Assembly (NCBI GenBank): GCA_964016885.1
Contig: OZ024741.1
Location: forward strand, 187,550,001-187,614,000
Direction: 5' to 3'
DNA: 64,000 nt
Source: Eledone cirrhosa
Lineage: Eukaryota
Shown here one piece after another: positions 57,487 through 64,000 of the stretch; within the stretch, counting starts at the first letter, position 1, and every line of letters begins with the position of its first letter. The position numbers and the translations under genes are program-made. The notes under the pieces were generated by a model. It was not told the DNA's origin. It saw nothing but the letters and a program-made list of their open reading frames with translations, and made no database searches.

Positions 57487-57835
57487 GGAGGCACATGGCT
57501 TAGTGGTTAGAGCATTGGCCTTGCAATCGAAAGGTTGTGAGTTCAATTCTCAGACCGGGTGATGTGCTGTTTCCTTGAGCAAGACACTTTATTTCACATT
57601 GCTCCAGTTTACTCAGCTGTAGAAATGAGATGATAGGGACTGGGGTTCCTATCATTCCACTGTAAAGTGGTCGTGGTGGTGCCATGGCAAAAAAGCACCC
57701 AGCACTCACTGTAAATGGGGTTGGTGTTAGGAAGGGCATCCAGCTGTAGAAATCAAGCCAGAATCAGTTCCCGTCCCACCCTTGCAAGCAGGGAAAAAGC
57801 GGACGTAAAATGAAATGATGATAAATGAAATGATG
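57487..57835 (+). mobile_element. SINE family B
   Basis: Full-length young copy. Confidence 0.9.
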
Positions 57836-57964
57836 TTTCCGAAGAAGACGGTTTAATCGAACCTAGATATGATGTCTGATAGTACACAGTTATATAACTA
57901 CTATAGATCGGTCAATATGTCAATATCATCAACCCTCCGACACGATCGTAAAATAACTTGTAAA

Positions 57965-59032
57965 ACTTGTTCATTATAGTCCTCCAAGCCATAACAGAGA
58001 AGTTTAAGACTGGCTGTCCATGGGAACTTCTCTATCCTGACGATCTGGTTCTTATAGCAGAATCAGTAGAGGAGCTAGAGAATAAATTCTGGCTATGGAA
58101 ACAGCAGTTGGAATCAAGAGGACTGAGAGTGAACCTAGCTAAGACAAAAGTGTTGATGAGTAGAAAAGAGGACAAAACTCTGATTCCGTCAGGGAAATGG
58201 CCATGTTCGATATGCAGAAAAGGAACTGGCATAAATTCTATAAAATGTACATGATGCAGATCTTGGGTACACAAGAGATGTAGTGGGATAGCAGGCAAAC
58301 GAACAGGTAGGGAGAAATACGTATGCAGTGAGAAATACGTATGCAGTATAGGGAAATTTGACAGTAGAAGTCGCATTGATAGACACATTTTTCAAATGCA
58401 GGTGGGTGCTATAGAAGTGGTTGATAGCTTCCAGTACTTAGGTGATCAGATTAGCATGGGAGGAGGGTGTTCTGAGGCCATAGTATCTAGAATAAGGACG
58501 GGTTGGTAGACGTTTAGGGATCTGCTTCCTCAGTTGACAAAGAGGGGTTTCTCCCTGCGTATGAAAGGCCGGTTATATGATGCCTGTGTGAGGAGCGCGA
58601 TGCTGCATGGTAGTGAGACATGGGTAGCAACTGCAGAGGATATACGACGGCTGGAGAGAAATGAGGCAAACATGCTCCGTTGGATGTGCAATGTCAATGT
58701 GCGTGAACGACCGAGCATGGATGTATTGAGAGAGAAACTGTGTCTGAGAGGGATAGATTGTAGTGTGCGGGAGAGGAGACTGCGGTGGTATGGACATGTG
58801 ATGCGCATGGAGGATGACCGATGGGTGAAGAAGTGTCAAGAAATGCCAGTTGAAGGAAGACGCGATAGAGGAAGACCACGAAAAACATGGGCGGAGGTGG
58901 TGAGAACAGACCTCAGATCGCTGAAGCTCACAGTGGAGATGACGAAGGACCGTGACAAGTGGAGAGATGCTGAATAGGACCCATCCCACCCTTGCAAGCA
59001 GGGAAAAGCGGACGTAAAATGATGATGATGAT
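57965..59032 (+). mobile_element. 5'-truncated, dead RTE-clade LINE (RT C-terminal half plus 3' UTR)
   Basis: PWELLYPDDLVL (YADD altered), GLRVNLAKTKV, a Cys-rich insert, FQYLGD, RRLRWYGHV and GRPRKTW; in-frame stops; (TGA)n tail. Confidence 0.9.
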
Positions 59033-59298
59033 CATCATGTTATTAATGTACCAGGCATATACTAGGTTGGTTCAATTGACTTTAACAACTTGAATTTCTG
59101 GCCCTGTGCCAAAATTAGAAACCATTGGGTTAGAAGAGTCCTTAGAGCATTGGATAAATGCTTAGCAATGTTTGTCCCGGCTCTTTATGGTCTGTTTTGA
59201 GTTCAAATTCTGCTGAGCTTATCTTTATTCTGTTACTCATCCTTCTGGAGTGAATAAAATAAATAAGCAGTAAGTACTGAGGTTGGTATAAACATTAA

Positions 59299-59519
59299 CC
59301 CTTTAGCATTCACATTACTCTATATTTACTATTGTATTTTCATAGTAAAGGCTTTACCTCACATAATTATCTCACATAATATTGAATCTACAAGATTTTG
59401 ATATTATTTATTTTGGCAACAGTACCTTAATGTCAATATGAGTGGCCAGTTACGGCCGATTTGAACTGAAAGAGGTGAGAGAATTCTGACTGGATATGGC
59501 CGGTTTAATTGCTAAAGAG
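59299..59519. mobile_element. piggyBac-like MITE
   Basis: TIRs with TTAA on both sides. Confidence 0.8.
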
Positions 59520-59744
59520 TTAAGTAATATAAACCTCCCTAAAAAAGACAGGATGGCTATGGCTGAAGTGCCCTTTATCATATGGCAGCTTAATTAGAGC
59601 TGACCTGAGATTAAACAGCAATGACATCATCACCACTACTACAACAAACATCACAAACATAAAACACTGGAGATCATAGAAAATTAGAAAATATATTTTC
59701 CACAAATCACACCCTACCATCTTAAATAGGGTATAGGATATTAA

Positions 59745-60122
59745 ATAATTGTTTCTATTTTTGGCACAAGGCCAGCAATCATACCAGTGCATTACTGATA
59801 CTTTATTTTATCGACCCCGTAAGGATGAAAGACAACGTTAACCTCGGCGGGATTTGAAATCAGACCATAAAGGGGCGTAACTCTATGCTGCAAAGCATGG
59901 TGTCTGACGCTCTACCAATACTGGGTATATTAGATAATTGTTTCTACTTTAGGCACAAGGCCAGCAATTACCCAATGCATTACTGGTACTTTATTTTATC
60001 GACCCTGTAAGGATGAAAGGCAAAGTCAACCTCGGTGGGATTTGAACTCAGATCGGAAAGGGATGTAACTATGCTGGAAAGCATGGCGTCCGGCCCTCTA
60101 CCGATACTTCCAATCCACCACC
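59745..60122 (-). mobile_element. Two adjacent family A SINEs; the second has an 18-bp TSD
   Basis: CTGGGTATATTAGATAAT at 59921 and 60123. Confidence 0.9.
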
Positions 60123-60249
60123 CTGGGTATATTAGATAATGTGACTTTAAATGTACTAATATGAGATGGCGATGGCTGGAATACTTTATGTCATAGATCC
60201 TCTCAATTATAACTAACCCGGGGCTAAACAACAAAATTAATACATACAA

Positions 60250-60293
<44 letters not shown>

Positions 60294-60886
60294 CTGTGTA
60301 TGAATGGTTCGTGGCCAGTTCAGTTTTGCAATTTGAATGTTGTGCCAATGTCTTCCCTATAAACGGTCATGACTGGCTTACCGCCTCTATGGTGTCAAGT
60401 CATGTACCACTGAAAGTTGAAATTACTACTATACTAGCGGTATAGTAGTAATTCAGAGTGGTGTGGTGTATAGCTAATTGGAACTCTCCATTCCAAGGAG
60501 ACTAATCACCGCTAAAGATGTGGCTCAACCCACTTGGATAATGTTTACTAACATTACCTAATTCCTGTGCATGGTAGTTCCATTCGGACTGCCGCTAACA
60601 CACGGAGTGGCAGAAACTAATACATTGGGCCAGGACTGGAAAATCAAATTTTCTGCCTGCACAAAATCGTTTTTTTCACTAATTACTGGATAAGCGTGAA
60701 CTCTAATTTTCTTGGGTTGGTCCCTTAATGATAGCTTCATTTCATCATTGTTATTATTATTTTTACACACACGCACACACACACACATATATATAGTATA
60801 AAGAGACGGGACCCAACGGCTGAGCTCTTGTCATGCAATTTCATCAGCTAGCTCTAGACTATCTCTCTCTCTCTATATATATATAT

Positions 60887-60919
<33 letters not shown>

Positions 60920-60980
60920 GTTTAACGTCCGTGTTCCACGCTTGCATATATATATATCTTTACATATATATATATATATA

Positions 60981-61177
60981 GGAACCAGTAAGACCCCGAC
61001 AGCTGAGCTCAAGCCGTTTCGACGGCTAATTCTGGACTCATTATTAGAATTAGCCGTCGAAACGGCTTGAGCTCAGCCGTCGGGGTCTTACTGGTTCCTA
61101 TTACCCACTCTACTACCCCAAGTATTGAGTACTTTGGTGCGTTATGGTCCACCTGGTTCCTTACCACATTTCCTTTG

Positions 61178-61180
<3 letters not shown>
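60981..61180. mobile_element. Fold-back element, family H3
   Basis: About 53-bp arms (GGAACCAGTAAGACCCCGAC... / ...GTCGGGGTCTTACTGGTTCC), a tail, and (TA)n flanks. Confidence 0.7.
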
Positions 61181-61234
<54 letters not shown>

Positions 61235-61270
61235 TATATATATACCTTTACATATACATATGTATATATA

Positions 61271-61439
61271 CCGTATTTCCCGACGCCGAAGACGCTTCGC
61301 CCTCAAGGACGCACCCTAATTTTGACAACCTAAAATTTAAATAAAGATAATAAACAACCTTTGGTCTCCAGGACACATGGTAGATTTTTTTAGACTTATC
61401 TTAGGAAAAAAGTAGTGTCTTCGACGCTGGAAAATACGG
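61271..61439. mobile_element. Tc1/mariner-superfamily (Tc2-like) MITE
   Basis: Imperfect TIRs CCGTATTTCCCGACGCCGAAGAC / GTCTTCGACGCTGGAAAATACGG with TA on both sides. Confidence 0.7.
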
Positions 61440-61508
<69 letters not shown>

Positions 61509-61844
61509 CACCATGACAACCACCATCTAACTACCCCTTACACAACATCGCAATGCAAGGCATAAATGGTTGTGTGAGTTGGCAGACAGATAAAGTAGGA
61601 GGATATGAGGGGAGGGGGAATTTAAGAATTTTGTTCAAACATTGGAATTCCATACAAAATAATTCTCTCTCATTCTTAAAGCCTTTCTTTCCATTTCTTT
61701 CTTCCTATCCCCACAATTTTTATTCTATCAGTCTATTTACCTATTGGTTTGTCTCCCCACTTTTATGAGATTATCTCTCTCTCTCTCTATATATATATAT
61801 CTATCTAACTGTCTGTCTAACTCGCCCCCCCCTCTCTCTCTCTT

Positions 61845-61878
<34 letters not shown>

Positions 61879-62107
61879 CAATATCTATCTAGCTTTCTCC
61901 ATCTCAAAAAATGTTCCTTCCTCTTTACGTAATTTATCTTTCGATTTCATCTCTTATCTCTCATTCTATCTTCTGTTGAAGAATGTGTCTCCAAAATGTA
62001 AGACTCTCTTTCTATTATATCAAGCGTTAAACTAATGTACTTCTTCATAGTACTGGGCTGTTTGCTTTGTTGATTCCATTTACATTATATATATATATAT
62101 ATATATA

Positions 62108-62433
62108 TCATCATCATCATCATCATCATTTTACGTCCACTTTTCCCTGCTTGCAAGGGTGGGACGGGAACTGATTATGGCTTGATTTCTACAGCTGGAT
62201 GCCCTTCCTAACACCTACCTCATTTACAGTGAGTGCTGGGTGCTTTTCTGCCGTGGCACCTCCACGACCACTTTGCAGTGGAATGATAGGGACCCCAGTC
62301 CTATCATCTCATTTCTACAGCTGAGTAAACTGGAGCAATGTGAAATAAAGTGTCTTGCTCAAGGAAACAACACATCACCCGGTCTGAGAATTGAACTCAC
62401 AACCTTTCGATTGCGAGACCAATGCTCTAACCA

Positions 62434-62437
<4 letters not shown>
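62108..62437 (-). mobile_element. SINE family B
   Basis: Near-full-length young copy. Confidence 0.9.
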
Positions 62438-62509
<72 letters not shown>

Positions 62510-62778
62510 AAAGGAAAATGATAAAGAGAAAAGGGTTTGAAAAGCACACCTGGTATATATATAAATGATCTTTATAATATGTACAAAGATGGATGCTAAA
62601 AATTCATGTTAGCAAAGCCTGTTTCCCAGTTTTGCATTATCAAAACATTTGTTATTAGGTTAAATTGTTTTTTTCATTGAAACTCCTGCATGCTGATTCT
62701 CTCTCTCCCTCTCTCTCTCTATATATATATGATATATATATAATATATACATATATATGATATTTATATATATATAAT

Positions 62779-63120
62779 GGAAGCACATGGCTTAGTGGTT
62801 AGAGCATTGGCCTTGCAATCGAAAGGTTGTGAGTTCAATTCTCAGACCGGGTGATGTGTTGTTTCCTTGAGCAAGACACTTTATTTCACATTGCTCCAGT
62901 TTTCTCAGCTGTAGAAATGAGATGATAGGGACTGGGGTCCCTATCATTCCACTGTAAAGTGGTCGTGGAGGTGCCACGGCAAGAAAGCACCCAGCACTCA
63001 CTGTAAATGAGGCTGGTGTTAGGAAGGGCATCCAGCTGTAGAAATCAAGCCAGAATCAGTTCCCGTCCCACCCTTGCAAGCAGGGAAAAGGGGACGTAAA
63101 ATGAAATGATGATGATGATG
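62779..63120 (+). mobile_element. SINE family B
   Basis: Full-length young copy. Confidence 0.9.
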
Positions 63121-63456
63121 ATATATATAGAGAGAGAGAGAGAGACGGGGGGGGGGAGAAAATAAACATTAAATGGTGAAGGTGATAATGATATATATAT
63201 ATATATATACATATATATATGGTGTCACAATTATAGGCTGCCAATACATGACACAGAGTGGTTAGCATTAGCAGGGGCATCCAAACAAAAGATTCATGAC
63301 AAAATAGAACATATGAGCAAGACAAGGTCATCTGATTTGTGAAGTTTCTACATGTTCACCTATCAAATTCATGCAAACACATGGTAAATAAACAAAAAAA
63401 ATGGTGATGTTGCTGCTACTCATGATAACGATAATATATACATAGGTATTTATGTA

Positions 63457-63492
<36 letters not shown>

Positions 63493-63550
63493 CATGTATA
63501 TATATTTGTGTGTGTGTGTGTCTGTGTGTGTAGAGAGAGAGAGAGTAAAT

Positions 63551-63683
63551 ATTTATTGTAAGTACAGACTAAAGTTTAAGCAAAGAATAGCAGCTTTCAT
63601 CCATAACAGGATCTCCCGAAGATCCCATTAAGGGTGAAAGCAGTGATTCTTTGCTTAAACTTTAATCTGTACTTATAATAAAT
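63551..63683. mobile_element. Fold-back element, family H5, with degenerate hammerhead-like core
   Basis: Arms at 63551-63602 and 63632-63683; CCGAAGA-TCCC..GGGT-GAAA spans the spacer and right arm. Partial copy at about 37605-37661. Confidence 0.5.
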
Positions 63684-63763
63684 AAATCATCACCATCATC
63701 ATCATCATCATCATCATCGTTTAACGTCCATCTTCCACGCTTGCATATATATATAGATATATA

Positions 63764-63806
<43 letters not shown>

Positions 63807-64000
63807 TGTATGTGCATGTGTGTGTGAGCATATGTATGTACAAATAGGTAAGTATATATATATATATACATACACACACACTGTTGACTGATTCACACTG
63901 GTATGAGCATATATCACTGGTATGCATATTAATAACCCCAGAGAGATAAAAGACAATATATTTCAGCCATCGTTTGAATTTAAACCAAATACAAATAAAC

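Noticed and set aside
57487-57560. tRNA gene
   Set aside because: The A and B boxes belong to a multi-copy SINE head; no proper cloverleaf or terminator.
60836-60852. CTGATGA on the minus strand as an H3 hammerhead core
   Set aside because: Aligns with the CCGTCGA preceding GAAA in other H3 copies and has no stem II; likely coincidental decay.
61970-62045. TTGAAGA...CAAAATGTA as a hammerhead
   Set aside because: Possibly a relic, but the core and stems are too degenerate to call.

Overview
This is AT-rich, microsatellite-saturated eukaryotic genomic DNA. An octopod cephalopod origin is inferred from recalled SINE families and repeat style and was not verified. Nearly all ORFs in the supplied track are artefacts of (TA)n, (GAT)n, (GGT)n and (CATA)n tracts. 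Real content is (1) scattered candidate minus-strand exons, including a probable terminal coding exon at 49548-49697 with upstream candidates and a probable first coding exon with ATG at 5520, neither protein recognised; (2) many tRNA-headed SINEs; (3) decayed RTE, CRE-like and R4/Dong-like LINE fragments; (4) piggyBac-like and Tc2-like MITEs and several minisatellites. The most interesting signal is a set of short non-coding elements embedded in (TA)n tracts that carry type I hammerhead ribozyme cores, usually as fold-back (inverted) pairs, from several sequence-divergent families; four of them share a short motif 3' of the GAAA half. There is also a 485-bp direct-repeat hammerhead unit at the window start (retrozyme or Penelope pseudo-LTR-like). 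A second structured-RNA signal is a covarying hairpin/pseudoknot module in RTE-tailed SINEs, locally amplified into a strictly alternating 113/112-bp array. All structures were paired by eye and no database searches were run.
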